Source: Betaproteobacteria bacterium Ga0077532 (lineage in GTDB: Bacteria; Pseudomonadota; Gammaproteobacteria; Burkholderiales; Ga0077523). Taken from it: a stretch of 64,000 nucleotides of DNA. The stretch lies in NCBI GenBank assembly GCA_001464895.1, contig LNEE01000017.1, positions 138,817 to 202,816 on the forward strand, written 5' to 3'. Positions 19,280 to 30,673 of this stretch are shown piece by piece (position 1 is the first letter of the stretch; the number at the start of each line of letters is the position of its first letter). A program made the position numbers and the translations under genes. Below the pieces are notes generated by a model that worked only from the letters and a program-made list of their open reading frames with translations, made no database searches and was not told the DNA's origin.

Positions 19280-20494
19280 TCACCCGCCGTCCGCCACCCG
19301 CACGAGCAGCGGACGGTGCCCACCACCGTCCGCTGCCTGCCACCCCGCCACATAGCAGCGACCGGCGTGATCGGTGGTCATGGAGCCGTAGAGCAGCACC
19401 TCCTTCCGGGTCCCGAGATCGATCGGGGCAACATCGGATCGCGCCGACGGCAACGCCCGCCGCACCCATTCGAACCGCCCGTCCCGCTGCGTGATGCCGA
19501 CGAGCGCGCGGCCGTTGTCCCGCACGAAGAGCGACGGGGCATACGCGACGCCCTCCGGATGAAACGAACCGCGATCCACCACGGCCGTCGGCAAAGCGCC
19601 TTGCGGCACCAGCTCGTGCAGCCAGCCGTCGTGGGTCGTGAAGTACGAGCGTCCGTCGGGCATCGATGCCACGCCGACGATGCCGTGGTTCGCGGTCGGT
19701 CCGGAGGCCGTCGGATAGCGCGGCATCGGCGTCGCGGCGCGCACGTCGAACCGCGCATCGAACTCGACGAGATGGGCTTCGCTCGCGCCGGTGGCCGAGC
19801 GCCCGAGCCGCGGCACGAACGCGTGGCCGCGCACGTCCGCCAGCACGTTGCGGCACGCATGTCCGGCCTCGGCACCGACGATCGCCCGCCGGACCTCGCC
19901 CGAGCGCGTGTCGAGCCGGTAGAGCACGTGACCGAAGTACCCGAGCGAGAACACGAACGGACCGCCCACCGCAGCCGCCACAAGGCCTTCCGGCGCGGAT
20001 AGCAGGTGCTCCCAGGCGAGCGTCGCCGGATCGATGCGCCAGAGATGACTTCCCCAGCGGGGCAGCATCGAGCCGTCCTCGTGTTCACCGTCCTCGTCCA
20101 TGGACGTGAAGTACAGCCTGCCGTCGGGAGCCGGAAGGATGCGCGAGTGGATCTTGACCTGCGCCTCGCCATCCCGACGCACGCCGGCACGCCCGAGCTG
20201 ATCGTTCACGGCCCCGGCATCGGTCCAGCGCCCGGTCGCGGGGTCTAGACGGAGCAGATGCGCACTGCCACCGGGACGCTTGGCGGAGACGCCGAACCAC
20301 AGCCGGCCATGGGTGTCCCGCCCGGTGGCACCCCAGATGGCGTTGGCGTCCGGAAAACCCGGCACCGCAAGCTCTTCGACTGCCGGCACGCGCCGGGGGG
20401 CTCCTGCGGCGGGTCCAACCGCGAGACTCGCCGGCAGGCCGACCAGACCGCGAAGGATCGCGCGACGACCATGGACCGTCGAACCGATGCTCAT
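19280..20494 (-). CDS. Hypothetical exported beta-propeller protein (possible Tat signal)
   Basis: GRRAILRG N-terminus; repeated DGRLWF/DGRLYF/DGRSYF strands; start overlaps the macro-domain stop. Confidence 0.65.
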   Translation of the reverse strand: MSIGSTVHGRRAILRGLVGLPASLAVGPAAGAPRRVPAVEELAVPGFPDANAIWGATGRDTHGRLWFGVSAKRPGGSAHLLRLDPATGRWTDAGAVNDQLGRAGVRRDGEAQVKIHSRILPAPDGRLYFTSMDEDGEHEDGSMLPRWGSHLWRIDPATLAWEHLLSAPEGLVAAAVGGPFVFSLGYFGHVLYRLDTRSGEVRRAIVGAEAGHACRNVLADVRGHAFVPRLGRSATGASEAHLVEFDARFDVRAATPMPRYPTASGPTANHGIVGVASMPDGRSYFTTHDGWLHELVPQGALPTAVVDRGSFHPEGVAYAPSLFVRDNGRALVGITQRDGRFEWVRRALPSARSDVAPIDLGTRKEVLLYGSMTTDHAGRCYVAGWQAADGGGHRPLLVRVADGG

Positions 20495-21027
20495 GCGAGT
20501 TCGCGCACCGCCTGACGCGCCGCGGCGAACCCATCGGCCGTGAAACAGACGAGGCGCACCTCGGCGAGGGACGGGATGCGGGCAAGCCCCGCGGCCACTT
20601 CGCGCGCGGCGATGGCGCAGGCCCGCTCGAGCGGAAACTGGTACGCGCCGGTGCTGATCTGCGGAAAGGCGATCGCGCGGACATCGTGGGAGGCCGCCTG
20701 ACGCAGGCTCTCGCGATAGCAGCTCGCCAGCAGATCGTCCTCGCCGCGCTGCCCTCCGTGCCAGACCGGCCCGACGGTGTGGATCACCCAGCGGGCGGGA
20801 AGATGGAAGCCAGGGGTGATGCGCGCCTGTCCGGTGGGGCAGCCGCCGAGGGTGCGGCAGTAGGCGAACAGTTCGGGCCCCGCAGCGCGATGGATGGCGC
20901 CATCGACACCGCCGCCGCCCAGCAGGCTGCTGTTCGCGGCGTTGACGATGGCGTCGACGGCTTCGCGGGTGATGTCACCCTGGACGACTCGGATCCGGTC
21001 GATGACACCGGTCAGGGCGTCAGCCAT
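20491..21027 (-). CDS. ymdB: Macro domain O-acetyl-ADP-ribose deacetylase (YmdB-like)
   Basis: GDIT; [22 protein letters not shown]; IHTVGP; ISTGAY. Confidence 0.92.
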   Translation of the reverse strand: MADALTGVIDRIRVVQGDITREAVDAIVNAANSSLLGGGGVDGAIHRAAGPELFAYCRTLGGCPTGQARITPGFHLPARWVIHTVGPVWHGGQRGEDDLLASCYRESLRQAASHDVRAIAFPQISTGAYQFPLERACAIAAREVAAGLARIPSLAEVRLVCFTADGFAAARQAVRELA

Positions 21028-21596
21028 GTGGCGGCATCGCGGGTGAAGCGCGCACGCCGGTGCCCACCCGGGTGCAGCCACAGCCAGTCGACCGTGCCGA
21101 CGACGAGTTCGATCACGGCAAATCGGTCGCGCCCCGTCTCGCCTTCGCCAGCGTCGACGGGGATCCCGTCGCCGGGAAGGGGCATGGCGGTGCCGGGGGG
21201 AAGCTGCGTCCGGTAGTTGCGGCGAGACACCTGGGAGAGGGCCGCCCAGGCTGCAGCGGCGTTGGCATCGCCAGAGCGGATGCACGTGCGCCCGGAGAGG
21301 CGCCACTGTGTGCGCTCGACCGGATCGTGGAAGGCCAGGCTCGCCCGGGCGTCGCCGCGCAGGTGAGCGACCTTGGGCGCGCGGATGTCGGTGTACCAGA
21401 ACACCCGCCAGCCCTCGGCATCGACCGCCCGGAGCACCACCGTGCGCGCCTGAGGCGCCCCGTTCATGTCGACGGTCGCGAGCACCGGCGTGCGCATCGG
21501 GGATGCCTGATCCCCCACCGCACGAGAGAGGCCGGTCCACACGTGCTCGCGCACACGGGTCAGGTCGAGGGCATCGGCATCGAGAAGCTGGGTCAT
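21012..21596 (-). CDS. Pyridoxamine 5'-phosphate oxidase-related FMN-binding protein
   Basis: PVLATV...PQARTVVLR; YTDIRAPK; DWLWL..GGHRRA; WLTP. Confidence 0.85.
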   Translation of the reverse strand: MTQLLDADALDLTRVREHVWTGLSRAVGDQASPMRTPVLATVDMNGAPQARTVVLRAVDAEGWRVFWYTDIRAPKVAHLRGDARASLAFHDPVERTQWRLSGRTCIRSGDANAAAAWAALSQVSRRNYRTQLPPGTAMPLPGDGIPVDAGEGETGRDRFAVIELVVGTVDWLWLHPGGHRRARFTRDAATWLTP

Positions 21597-21712
21597 GAAT
21601 ATCGCTGTCACTGGAGTCAGGTTCCATGATGGCGGCTACGGCGCCCCATGTCACGGACGGCGCGGCCATCTCCCTCTGACGCATAATTGCGCCGCCCCGT
21701 TCCGAGACCCCC

Positions 21713-22447
21713 ATGGCCGATCCCCAGAGCCCCCGCATCCTGGTCGTCGATGACGATCGCCGCCTCCGAGACCTGCTCCACCAGTATCTGGAGGCGCAGG
21801 GTTTCCAGGTCGAATCGGTTGCCGAAGGCACCGCCATGGCGCTCGCCCTGGGCGGCCGGGGCGCAGACCTCGTGGTGCTCGACCTGATGCTGCCCGGCGA
21901 AGGCGGTTTGAGCCTGTGCCGTCGCCTGCGCGCCGGTGGGGATCGCACGCCGGTCATCATGCTCACCGCGAAGGGCGACGACGTCGACCGCATCGCCGGC
22001 CTCGACGCCGGGGCCGACGACTACCTCCCCAAGCCCTTCAATCCGCAGGAACTGGTGGCCCGGATCCGAGCGGTGCTCCGACGGGGCGGCGCGACGCTTC
22101 CCGCGGCAACGCCGGCACCGCCCGGCGCGCCGGCCGAGAGCGACCAGCCCGTGGCCTTCGGCCCCTTCCTGCTCAATCTGGCATCGCGCCGCCTCACGCG
22201 CGGTGAGGAGATCGTGAACCTCACCACCGGCGAGTTCGCGCTGCTGAAGGCCCTGGCGACGAACGCGGGCACTCCCCTCACGCGCGAACGCCTGATGGAA
22301 CTCGCCCGGGGTCGCGAACTCGGCATGTCCGACCGCACGATCGACGTGCAGGTCTCACGACTGCGCAAGCTGATCGAGGACGATCCCGCCCACCCGCGCC
22401 ATCTGCAGACCGTGTGGGGCTTCGGCTACGTGTTCGTGCTGGACTGA
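21713..22447 (+). CDS. ompR: OmpR family response regulator
   Basis: VVDDD; LDLMLPG; KPFNP; [12 protein letters not shown]; [10 protein letters not shown]. Confidence 0.92.
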   Translation: MADPQSPRILVVDDDRRLRDLLHQYLEAQGFQVESVAEGTAMALALGGRGADLVVLDLMLPGEGGLSLCRRLRAGGDRTPVIMLTAKGDDVDRIAGLDAGADDYLPKPFNPQELVARIRAVLRRGGATLPAATPAPPGAPAESDQPVAFGPFLLNLASRRLTRGEEIVNLTTGEFALLKALATNAGTPLTRERLMELARGRELGMSDRTIDVQVSRLRKLIEDDPAHPRHLQTVWGFGYVFVLD

Positions 22448-23787
22448 TGACGCTGCTGCCGCGCTCCCTGCTCGCGCGCTCGATCCTGCTGATCGCGCTC
22501 ATCCTGATCGCGAGTCAGGTCGCCTGGATCCAGTTCTACCGCATGAGCAGCGCACGCTCGCAATCGGAGCAGGTCGCGTCGCACATCGTGGGTGTGCTCA
22601 ACACCGTGAGCGCCGCGCTCGACGCGATGCCGGCCACCGCCCGCACACGCTTCAGCGAGACGCTGCCGGCCCAGCAGAACGTCCGCCTGTTCCCGGCGAC
22701 GAGCCTGGACGTCGACGAGCTGGCCGTCCCGCAGTCCCCCATGCTCGCCGCGGTCGCCACGCAACTGAAGCGCAGCTCCGGCGACCACACGCAGGCACTC
22801 GCGATGATCGAGGACTCCGATCATTCGCTGTGGGTGAAGATCCGCGTGAAGAACCAGGCGTACTGGGTCGTGTTCGCGCCGACGGCTCTCACGCTCCCAC
22901 CTGCGGCTGCCTGGGTGAGCTGGAGCCTCACGAGCCTCGCCCTCGCCCTCTTCGGTGGCCTCGCGCTGATGGTGCGCGTGAACCAGCCCCTCCAGGCGCT
23001 GGCCGATGCGGCCGCGGACATCGCGAGCGGAAAGACCCCACCGACGCTGCCCGAGAAGGGTCCGAGCGAGATCCGCACGCTCTCGCGCGGCTTCAACCGG
23101 ATGACCACGGCACTGGCGCAGCAGGAGTCGAATCGCGCCGTGCTCCTCGCGGGCGTCTCGCACGACTTGCGCACGCCGCTGTCGCGCCTCCGCCTGGCGC
23201 TGGAGATGACCCGTGGACGCATTCCCGACCCCTCCCGCGAGGGCATGGAGCAGGACATCGAGGACATGGATCGCATCATCGATCAGTTCCTCGAATTCGC
23301 GCGGGACGGCAGCAGCGAGGCGGTCGATCCCGACGCGGACCTCGACTCACTGGTGCGTGCACTGGCCGAGCGGTACGAGCGACGCGGCGACGACGTGGTG
23401 GTCCGCACCGGTGCCCTGCCGCCGGCGCCGATTCGGCCCATCGCCGTGCAGCGGATGATCACCAACCTCGTCGAGAATGCGCTTCGCTACGGCGCGGGCC
23501 AGGTGGAGATCGACACCCGTCAGGAAGGCGCGATGGCCGTGGTGTCGGTGCTGGACCGGGGCCCCGGCATCCCGGAGGCGGAGATGGACCGCGTGATGCA
23601 ACCGTTCACGCGGCTCGAGGACGCCCGCAGCGACGCCATGGGCGCAGGACTCGGGCTCGCCATCGTGGAGCGCGTCGCCCGGATGCACGGCGGCCGCGTG
23701 CAGCTTCTACCCCGGGTGGGCGGCGGGCTGGAGGTACGGGTCGAGTTGCCGCTGCGCATCGACGGCGTCGCGGGCGCTTCGGCGTAG
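22447..23787 (+). CDS. envZ: EnvZ-like sensor histidine kinase
   Basis: Two TM helices; HAMP; GVSHDLRTPL; NLVENALRY; DRGPGI; GAGLGL. Confidence 0.88.
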   Translation: MTLLPRSLLARSILLIALILIASQVAWIQFYRMSSARSQSEQVASHIVGVLNTVSAALDAMPATARTRFSETLPAQQNVRLFPATSLDVDELAVPQSPMLAAVATQLKRSSGDHTQALAMIEDSDHSLWVKIRVKNQAYWVVFAPTALTLPPAAAWVSWSLTSLALALFGGLALMVRVNQPLQALADAAADIASGKTPPTLPEKGPSEIRTLSRGFNRMTTALAQQESNRAVLLAGVSHDLRTPLSRLRLALEMTRGRIPDPSREGMEQDIEDMDRIIDQFLEFARDGSSEAVDPDADLDSLVRALAERYERRGDDVVVRTGALPPAPIRPIAVQRMITNLVENALRYGAGQVEIDTRQEGAMAVVSVLDRGPGIPEAEMDRVMQPFTRLEDARSDAMGAGLGLAIVERVARMHGGRVQLLPRVGGGLEVRVELPLRIDGVAGASA

Positions 23788-23805
23788 TCCGCGTCCCACG
23801 CCGGG

Positions 23806-24198
23806 TCATTCCTCCCGGAAGACCAGCGACACCGAGTTCATGCAGTACCGCAGGCCCGTCGGCGCCGGTCCGTCCTCGAACACGTGGCCGAGATGGGCGT
23901 CGCAGCGGGCGCAGACCACCTCTTCCCGGATCATCCCGTGGCTCGTGTCGCGGTGAATCTCGACGTTGCGCTCGTCCACCGCGTCGAAGAAGCTCGGCCA
24001 GCCGGTGCCGGATTCGAACTTGGTGTCGGACCGGAAGAGCGGCAGATCGCAGCACACGCAGTGATAGGTGCCATGCAGCTTGTTGTCGAGGAAGGCGCCG
24101 CAGAACGGACGCTCGGTGCCCTGGCGACGGGTGACATGGAACTGCTCGGGCGTGAGCATGGCGCGCCATTGCTCGTCGGTCTTCACGATCTTTTCCAT
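23806..24198 (-). CDS. msrB: Peptide-methionine (R)-S-oxide reductase
   Basis: GTERPF; SGTGWPSF; HLGHVF.DGP; RYCMNS. Confidence 0.96.
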   Translation of the reverse strand: MEKIVKTDEQWRAMLTPEQFHVTRRQGTERPFCGAFLDNKLHGTYHCVCCDLPLFRSDTKFESGTGWPSFFDAVDERNVEIHRDTSHGMIREEVVCARCDAHLGHVFEDGPAPTGLRYCMNSVSLVFREE

Positions 24199-24272
24199 CG
24201 ACTCTCTCTCCTGGCCGCGCACAGGGCGGCTCTGCTTGTGGACTGGCTCTGCCCGGGGTCTCCCGGGCCTGT

Positions 24273-24893
24273 CTACGACGGATCCGCGCCTGCGGGGTTC
24301 AGCGATCTCAGCGGAAAACGGGCGATCGTCTCGTAGCGGGAACCATCGGCTCGGCGCCCCGAACGTACGAGCACGTACTCCGTGACCTGCCATTCGATCG
24401 GCGCCCGGAACTCGGCAAGCTCCCCGCGCGCCGCCTTCCGCAGCAGCGTGACGTGCGGACGGAACGGCCGCGTATCGAGGGCGATGCCCTGCGACTGCAC
24501 CCAGTCCGAGAGCCTGGTGTGCAACGCCGCGAGCGCCTCCGGCACTTTCGATGGACCGGCCCACACGATGCCGTTGCGGACCCAGTGCCCGACCTGATCG
24601 AGCGCCATCGTGAAGGCGGGTGCGTCGAGGTCGGCGGGCGGCGAGCGAAGCGCCTCGATGCGCCCGACCGGCACGTCACCGAGAAAGGCGACCGTGAGGT
24701 GGATGGAATCCATGCGGGTCACCCGGCCACCGGCACCGACCGCCTGCCGACAGGCGAGCGCATGGAGCGCCATGGCCGTCTGCCGCGCCGGCCACAGGGC
24801 GAAGAAGAGGCGCTCGCGATCGGCGTCCCCGTCCAACGCCGCACGTCCGACTAGTTCCAGCGCTGTCCCGTTCTCCGCCGACATCGATGTCAT
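24273..24893 (-). CDS. thpR: RNA 2',3'-cyclic phosphodiesterase (2H family)
   Basis: RLFFALWP; two HxT motifs (HLTV, HVTL). Confidence 0.9.
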   Translation of the reverse strand: MTSMSAENGTALELVGRAALDGDADRERLFFALWPARQTAMALHALACRQAVGAGGRVTRMDSIHLTVAFLGDVPVGRIEALRSPPADLDAPAFTMALDQVGHWVRNGIVWAGPSKVPEALAALHTRLSDWVQSQGIALDTRPFRPHVTLLRKAARGELAEFRAPIEWQVTEYVLVRSGRRADGSRYETIARFPLRSLNPAGADPS

Positions 24894-25372
24894 CGACCGG
24901 AAGTCAGGAGCGCGATGGCCTCCGTCGCGATCCCCTCCCCTCGGCCGGTGAAGCCGAGGCGCTCCGTGGTCTTTGCCTTCACGTTCACACGATCGATGCC
25001 GACCCCGAGGTCGGCCGCGATGCACGCGACCATCGCGGGGATGTGCGGCGCCATCTTCGGCGCCTGGGCGATGATCGTGGCGTCGACATTGCCGATCTCG
25101 AAACCTGCGGCCCGCACTTTCGCAGCGACGGCGCGGAGCAGCACGCGGCTGTCGGCGCCCGCGTACGTCGGATCCGTGTCGGGAAAATGACGACCGATGT
25201 CACCGAGCGCCGCCGCGCCGAGCAGCGCATCGCACAGGGCGTGCAGCAGGGCGTCGGCGTCCGAGTGACCGAGCAGACCGCGATCGAAGGGAATGACGAC
25301 CCCCCCCAGGATGAGAGGCCTGCCCGCCACGAGGGCGTGGACATCGAAGCCCTGGCCGATGCGGAAGTTCAC
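24890..25372 (-). CDS. ispF: 2-C-methyl-D-erythritol 2,4-cyclodiphosphate synthase
   Basis: RIGQGFDVH; HSDAD; GDIG; [10 protein letters not shown]. Confidence 0.97.
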   Translation of the reverse strand: MNFRIGQGFDVHALVAGRPLILGGVVIPFDRGLLGHSDADALLHALCDALLGAAALGDIGRHFPDTDPTYAGADSRVLLRAVAAKVRAAGFEIGNVDATIIAQAPKMAPHIPAMVACIAADLGVGIDRVNVKAKTTERLGFTGRGEGIATEAIALLTSGR

Positions 25373-26073
25373 GGAAGGTCCTCCATGGCGGCGAGCAGGT
25401 GTGCGGCCAGTGCGAGATCGCGCGGGTAGGTCACCTTGAGATTGGCGGGGTCCCCCTCGACGAGCCGCGGTGCGAGCCCGCGCGCCTCGACGGCGCCTGC
25501 TTCGTCAGTGACGTGATCGAGGTCGGCATGCTCGAGCGCTTCGAGCAGCACGCCGAAGCGGAACATCTGCGGTGTCTGCGCAGCCCAGAGTCCATCACGC
25601 GGCACCGTGGCATCGATGCGCGCGTCGGTATCGGCACGCTTCAGCGTATCGGCGACCGGCAGCGCCGCGATGCCGCCGACGGCATCGTCCGCGAGCGTCG
25701 CGACGAGTCGATCGATCACGGCGGCAGGCAGGCAGGGGCGCGCGGCATCGTGCACCAGGATCCAGTCATCGGCCGCCACTTCGCCGGCGAGGCTGCGGAG
25801 CCCGGCGAGAACGGAAGCCGCCCGCGTGGGACCACCGCAGGCGCGCGCATCGACGATGGGACGAAGGTCCGACAGATCGAGGCCCGCGAACCGCGTGTCG
25901 TCCGGGGACAGCACGACGACAACGCGATCGATGCGCGGGTGCCTGGCGAGCCGCGCGATGGCGTGGCGCAGGAGGGGCTGCCCTAAGAGATCGGTGTACT
26001 GCTTGGGCGCTGTGGCACCGAACCGGCTCCCGCTCCCGGCGGCGGGCACCAGTGCGATGTGAAGCACGCTCAC
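25369..26073 (-). CDS. ispD: 2-C-methyl-D-erythritol 4-phosphate cytidylyltransferase
   Basis: PAAGSGSRF...PKQY; VHDAARP; AQTPQ; NLKVT. Confidence 0.95.
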   Translation of the reverse strand: MSVLHIALVPAAGSGSRFGATAPKQYTDLLGQPLLRHAIARLARHPRIDRVVVVLSPDDTRFAGLDLSDLRPIVDARACGGPTRAASVLAGLRSLAGEVAADDWILVHDAARPCLPAAVIDRLVATLADDAVGGIAALPVADTLKRADTDARIDATVPRDGLWAAQTPQMFRFGVLLEALEHADLDHVTDEAGAVEARGLAPRLVEGDPANLKVTYPRDLALAAHLLAAMEDLP

Positions 26074-26552
26074 TTCGCGCCGGTGCCGCCGGGGAGCTTC
26101 AGCTCGCCGCGATCGTCGAAGGGCAATGGCCCGCCCGCGCCTTCCTGGAAGAGGCGGCCCTTGATGCGATAGCGGAACTGCTCCGGCATCGTCCCGTCGC
26201 TCACGTCGCCGACCTGCCGCAGGATGCTGCCAAGTGTACTGAGCGTCTCCACCTCGACGGTGGCGGTGGAGAACCGCGGGACGGCGACGGCCTTGCCCGT
26301 CGTGCCCTTCGCGAACGCCTTGTCGTTGAGTTCGAGCTGAAACGCCACGCCCCGGATCGCGAGATCGCGGTCGTTCGGATTCTGGATCCGCAACGTCACG
26401 AAGTACTGTTGTTCGAGCACGCTCGCCGTCCCCATCCGCAGATCGGAAACCGTCACGGAGACCGGTTCCCCCTGCCCTGTGAGACCGGCACAGCCCGACA
26501 GTGCGAGCGCCACGACGGCCATGCTCCAGGCGCGTCGGTTCCAAGCGACCAT
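26070..26552 (-). CDS. LEA type 2 (WHy) family lipoprotein
   Basis: Lipobox LSGC; LRIQNPN. Confidence 0.85.
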   Translation of the reverse strand: MVAWNRRAWSMAVVALALSGCAGLTGQGEPVSVTVSDLRMGTASVLEQQYFVTLRIQNPNDRDLAIRGVAFQLELNDKAFAKGTTGKAVAVPRFSTATVEVETLSTLGSILRQVGDVSDGTMPEQFRYRIKGRLFQEGAGGPLPFDDRGELKLPGGTGAK

Positions 26553-26665
26553 GGCGCACATCTCCCTTGATTCAAGACGGCCGGAGGATAGCATCGCGGT
26601 CGCGGGCCGCTGCACCCGCGATGCACGCCGCCGTGAGTCCACCCTGTGCCCTTCGATCCGACCCC

Positions 26666-27349
26666 ATGCCCATACCGCGTTTCCACATCAGTTCCGCCGT
26701 TCGCGATCTCGGCGTGCGCGGCGCCTTCGCCGTTCTCGATGGACTCGAGAATCACCGCGACCCGCCAGACCTGGCCGCATGGCGCGAGGGGCTCGTGCAA
26801 CGCCTGCGCGACGAGCTGACCGCCGGCTTCATCGAGAGCGATCCGACGCTCGCCGGCTTCCGCGCGCTCCACGACCGGATCGGCCGTTCGAACCGACGTT
26901 TCCCGGCGTCGGCAGAAGCCCTGGTGGGGCTCTTCCAACGGAAGGGACTGGTACCGTCGATCAACCCGCTGGTGGATCTGTACAACGGTGTATCGCTCGA
27001 GACGCGGCTGTCGCTGGGGGCCCACGACCTCTCGACCATCGAGGGCGACATCACGTTGCGCATGACCGACGGCAGCGAGCGCTTCGTCCCGCTCGGCGCG
27101 ACCGCTCCCGAGACGATACCGGCGGGCGAGTACGGCTACATCGACGATCGGGGCGACGTCCTGTGCCGGCTGGAGCATCGGCAGTGCGAGCGGACGAAGG
27201 TGACCGCAAAGACGACGCAGGCCTTCTACATCGTCCAGGGCAACGCAGCGACATCGGCCGCGATGATCCAGGCTGCCCTCGACCGGCTGGTCGAACTCAC
27301 CACCGCGCACTGTGGCGGCCGTCTCGTCGAGGCGTGGATCGCGACCTGA
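26666..27349 (+). CDS. Stand-alone B3/B4 domain protein (PheRS beta editing-like)
   Basis: PASAEAL; PSINPLVDLYNGVSL; GAHDL; GEYGY.D. Confidence 0.85.
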   Translation: MPIPRFHISSAVRDLGVRGAFAVLDGLENHRDPPDLAAWREGLVQRLRDELTAGFIESDPTLAGFRALHDRIGRSNRRFPASAEALVGLFQRKGLVPSINPLVDLYNGVSLETRLSLGAHDLSTIEGDITLRMTDGSERFVPLGATAPETIPAGEYGYIDDRGDVLCRLEHRQCERTKVTAKTTQAFYIVQGNAATSAAMIQAALDRLVELTTAHCGGRLVEAWIAT

Positions 27350-27444
27350 CCGATCGTTCTCTGGGTGGCCCGATTCGATGAGATGCATTCACTGTCCCCG
27401 CCCGGCCAGGGACGTGTAGATTCCAGCCATCAAGGAGACCTTTC

Positions 27445-28551
27445 ATGGCCGACGCCCCGCCGCTGGACGCCGCATCCCTCCCCGCCACTTTCCCGCCGAT
27501 CCAGTCGCCCCCCGCGCAAGAGCCCCTGAGGTTCACGGGCAGCGGATCGGAGTACTTCCGGATCTGGATCGTCAATCTCGCCCTCACGTACCTCACCCTC
27601 GGCATCTACTCGCCCTGGGCGAAGGTGCGACGGATGCAATACCTCTACCGGAACACGCTGCTCGCCGGGTCCGGCTTCGACTACCACGGGAAGCCGATCG
27701 CGATCCTGAAGGGCCGCGCCATCGGCGTGGGGATGATCCTGCTGTACCAGGGTCTCACGATCGTGAGCCCGGCCGCCGCCGGGATCGTGGGCCTGGCGAT
27801 CGGTCTCGTGATGCCGTGGCTGCTGCTCCGTTCGCTTGCCTTCCGGCTGACCAACACGAGCTGGCGCGGCCTGCGCTTCCGGTTCGAGGGAACCGCCGGC
27901 GGTGCCTATCGGGTGTTCCTGCTGTGGCCCTTCCTCGCGTCGATCACCCTTGGCCTCCTCGCGCCTGCCGCCCACCACGCGATGAAGCAGTGGCAGCACA
28001 GCGAGTCGGCGTTCGGACGGACCCGGTTCGCGTTCGCCGCGTCGACGGGCGCGTTCTATCGCGTCTGGCTGATGACGGCAGGACTCGCGGTGGGCGTCCC
28101 GGTGCTGGTCGGCGCCGTCGCCTTGGTCGCTACGATCATCGGATGGGCAGATGCAGACCTGGTGCAGGGTATGTCCAACGGCGGCATCTTCCTGCTCGTG
28201 ATGATCGCCATCGGGGGCGCCTACCTGGGACTGCTCTCGGCGATGCCCTTCTTCCTCGCCCGGATGCAGAACCTCGTCTGGAACCGGACGTCGCTCGGTC
28301 CGCACCGCTTCGAGAGCCGGATGCACTTCGGGAAGACGCTGCACATCACGTTCACGAACATGTTCCTCACGATCGTGACGCTCGGCCTGTACCGCCCGTT
28401 CGCCGTGATCCGCATGGCGCGGTATCGCATCGAAGCGATGACGCTCGTGCCCGGCGAATCGCTCGACCACTTCGTAGGACGGCAGGCAGCTGATGTGGAG
28501 GCGTTCGGCGAGGAGGTCTCCGAGTTCTTCGACATCGACATCGCGCTGTGA
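27445..28551 (+). CDS. YjgN (DUF898) family membrane protein
   Basis: FTGSGSEYFRIWIVN; TLGIYSPWAKVR; FDIDIAL. Confidence 0.92.
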   Translation: MADAPPLDAASLPATFPPIQSPPAQEPLRFTGSGSEYFRIWIVNLALTYLTLGIYSPWAKVRRMQYLYRNTLLAGSGFDYHGKPIAILKGRAIGVGMILLYQGLTIVSPAAAGIVGLAIGLVMPWLLLRSLAFRLTNTSWRGLRFRFEGTAGGAYRVFLLWPFLASITLGLLAPAAHHAMKQWQHSESAFGRTRFAFAASTGAFYRVWLMTAGLAVGVPVLVGAVALVATIIGWADADLVQGMSNGGIFLLVMIAIGGAYLGLLSAMPFFLARMQNLVWNRTSLGPHRFESRMHFGKTLHITFTNMFLTIVTLGLYRPFAVIRMARYRIEAMTLVPGESLDHFVGRQAADVEAFGEEVSEFFDIDIAL

Positions 28552-29606
28552 ACGACATTCCCTCGGCTCCGCCGGTCCCCTGCGACTACCTCGATGGCAC
28601 GACGACCCGTCGACGACGCGTCGTGCTCCGCGTCGAGGACGGCCATGCGGTCGTCGAGGGCGAGGACATCGCGCGGCGCGATCCGCTGAGCCGGGTGCGA
28701 GTGTCCGAACGCATGGGCGCGGCGCCGCGTCTGGTGAGCTTTCCGGATGGCGCGTTCTGCGAAGTGCGGGACCACGCGGCGCTGGACGCACTGCTCGGTG
28801 CGACGGGCTTCCGAGAGTCGTTCGTGGTGCGGATCCAGGCGCGCTGGAGCTGGGTGGCTGGCGCACTCGCTGCGTGCGTCGCCGTGGTGGCCGCCGCGTA
28901 CGTGTTCGTCCTTCCGTGGGGCGCCGAGATCGCCGCGGCGCACATCCCGCCCAGCGCCATGGCGAAGCTGTCAGAACAGACCCTCGAGGCGTTGGAAGGG
29001 CGCTTCTTCAGGCCGTCGAAGCTGCCGCAGGATCGGCGCACCGTGCTGGCCCGGCGCTTCGCCGGGATGGTCACGCCCGACGGAGATCAAGTCCCGCACG
29101 AACTGCTGTTCCGAAGCAGCCCCGCGATCGGCGCGAACGCGCTCGCCCTGCCGTCCGGGACGATCATCGTCACGGACGAACTGGTGGCGCTCGCATCGAG
29201 CGACGACGAGATCCTGGCCGTGCTCTGCCACGAACTTGGGCATGTGCAACGACGTCACGGCGTGCGCAAGGCGCTGCAGAGCACGGCGGTGGGTCTGGTC
29301 ACGACGTGGTACCTCGGCGATCTCTCGAGCCTCGCTGCGGCCATTCCGGCCGCCCTTCTCGATGCGCGCTACTCGCGGGAGATGGAGTCCGAGGCGGACG
29401 CGTACGGCGCACGGATGCTGCGGGCCAACGGTCTGTCCCCCACCCTGCTCGCCACGATGCTGGAGCGCCTCGAAGGCAACCGGAAGCCGGATGCGTCGCC
29501 GACGGCGAAGGATGAAAACGACGACGACGAAGGCGTGGGCGGCTACCTGCGTTCGCATCCAGCCACCGAGGAGAGAATCCGCGCGCTGCGACGGCCGGCG
29601 GACTGA
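28548..29606 (+). CDS. M48 family metallopeptidase
   Basis: NALALPSG; HELGH; E.EAD; SHP; coupled to DUF898. Confidence 0.92.
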   Translation: MNDIPSAPPVPCDYLDGTTTRRRRVVLRVEDGHAVVEGEDIARRDPLSRVRVSERMGAAPRLVSFPDGAFCEVRDHAALDALLGATGFRESFVVRIQARWSWVAGALAACVAVVAAAYVFVLPWGAEIAAAHIPPSAMAKLSEQTLEALEGRFFRPSKLPQDRRTVLARRFAGMVTPDGDQVPHELLFRSSPAIGANALALPSGTIIVTDELVALASSDDEILAVLCHELGHVQRRHGVRKALQSTAVGLVTTWYLGDLSSLAAAIPAALLDARYSREMESEADAYGARMLRANGLSPTLLATMLERLEGNRKPDASPTAKDENDDDEGVGGYLRSHPATEERIRALRRPAD

Positions 29607-29616
29607 GCGGGCGGAC

Positions 29617-30099
29617 CTACTTCGCGGGCTGCGGAATCATGTCGTTGCGGCTGGGCCCGGTCCCGCTCTCCTGGAAGGTGGTTTCGCCTTCGAGCACGGC
29701 GCTGTAGTGCGGCACGCCCGCGGGCACCACGTAGAAGCTGCCCGCCGGAAAAGCGACCAGCTTCGCTTCGTCCCACGTGTCACCGACCGCGGACCAGTAG
29801 ATACCCTCCAGCACGGTGATCACGCGCTCGTCCGGATGGGTGTGCGGGAGCAGTCGATGGCCAGCCGCGGCGCGAACCCGGAAGGTGAAGGCGCCGGCGT
29901 TCCCCTGTTCTCCGTGGATCATCGCGCGAAAGAGCGGCGGAGATCGTCGGATCTCCTGCCATGCGATCTCGTCCGGCTTCACCGCATGGAGCACGGGATC
30001 CGCGGACGCCGACCACGCGATGGCAATGCAGACGGCACCCGCGAGGAGACCAATGCGGCGCGCGCGATGCTGCGCCCCAGTGTTCACTTCGCAGGTCAT
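29617..30099 (-). CDS. Exported cupin domain protein
   Basis: Signal peptide; PHTHPDE...TVLEG; PAGVPHY. Confidence 0.82.
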   Translation of the reverse strand: MTCEVNTGAQHRARRIGLLAGAVCIAIAWSASADPVLHAVKPDEIAWQEIRRSPPLFRAMIHGEQGNAGAFTFRVRAAAGHRLLPHTHPDERVITVLEGIYWSAVGDTWDEAKLVAFPAGSFYVVPAGVPHYSAVLEGETTFQESGTGPSRNDMIPQPAK

Positions 30100-30119
30100 G
30101 TCGCGGGGTACTGCGCTGG

Positions 30120-30548
30120 TCAATTCGCGGTTTCGAGGTCGAACGTCAGATCGAGATAACGACGCCCGGTGAGGTCCTTGGTCTGCCGCATGACCTTGCC
30201 CCGCCAATCCACCTCGATCGTCCATCGACCCGACGGCGGATTCACGTAGAAGAGCGGCCCCTCGACGGGCGCCTCGACCAGGACGTTGCCCATGGTGTCG
30301 ACGACACGGATGCGGACGCCCTCGATGACATCGGTCCGGGCACCGTCGACGGTGAAACGGATGTGGATCGGGTAGCGGGCCGAGACCGCCGCGAAGTCCT
30401 CGGCGGCATCGCCTGCACCGCCCGTCACGTAGTTGATGTTGCTCTGCCGGTGCACCTTGATGCCGACCGAGGCCTCGTCGACCGCGGCGGCCGGCCCGGA
30501 AACAAGCGTGGCGACGGCAAATGCAACTGCCCATGCGAGATGCTTCAC
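30120..30548 (-). CDS. Exported hypothetical protein (carboxypeptidase regulatory-like fold)
   Basis: Signal peptide; YVTGGAG; EGPLFYVNPPSGRW. Confidence 0.72.
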   Translation of the reverse strand: MKHLAWAVAFAVATLVSGPAAAVDEASVGIKVHRQSNINYVTGGAGDAAEDFAAVSARYPIHIRFTVDGARTDVIEGVRIRVVDTMGNVLVEAPVEGPLFYVNPPSGRWTIEVDWRGKVMRQTKDLTGRRYLDLTFDLETAN

Positions 30549-30673
30549 GCGACTTCTCCTCCAGCTGTTGTCGTCTTCGTGCGGTGATGCTCTGGCGCCC
30601 GGGGCGCGAGCAATTCGTCGGGGCAGGATAGCACGCGCCCCGGCGGCAAACGCCTCTGGGAACTCCGCAAGCG

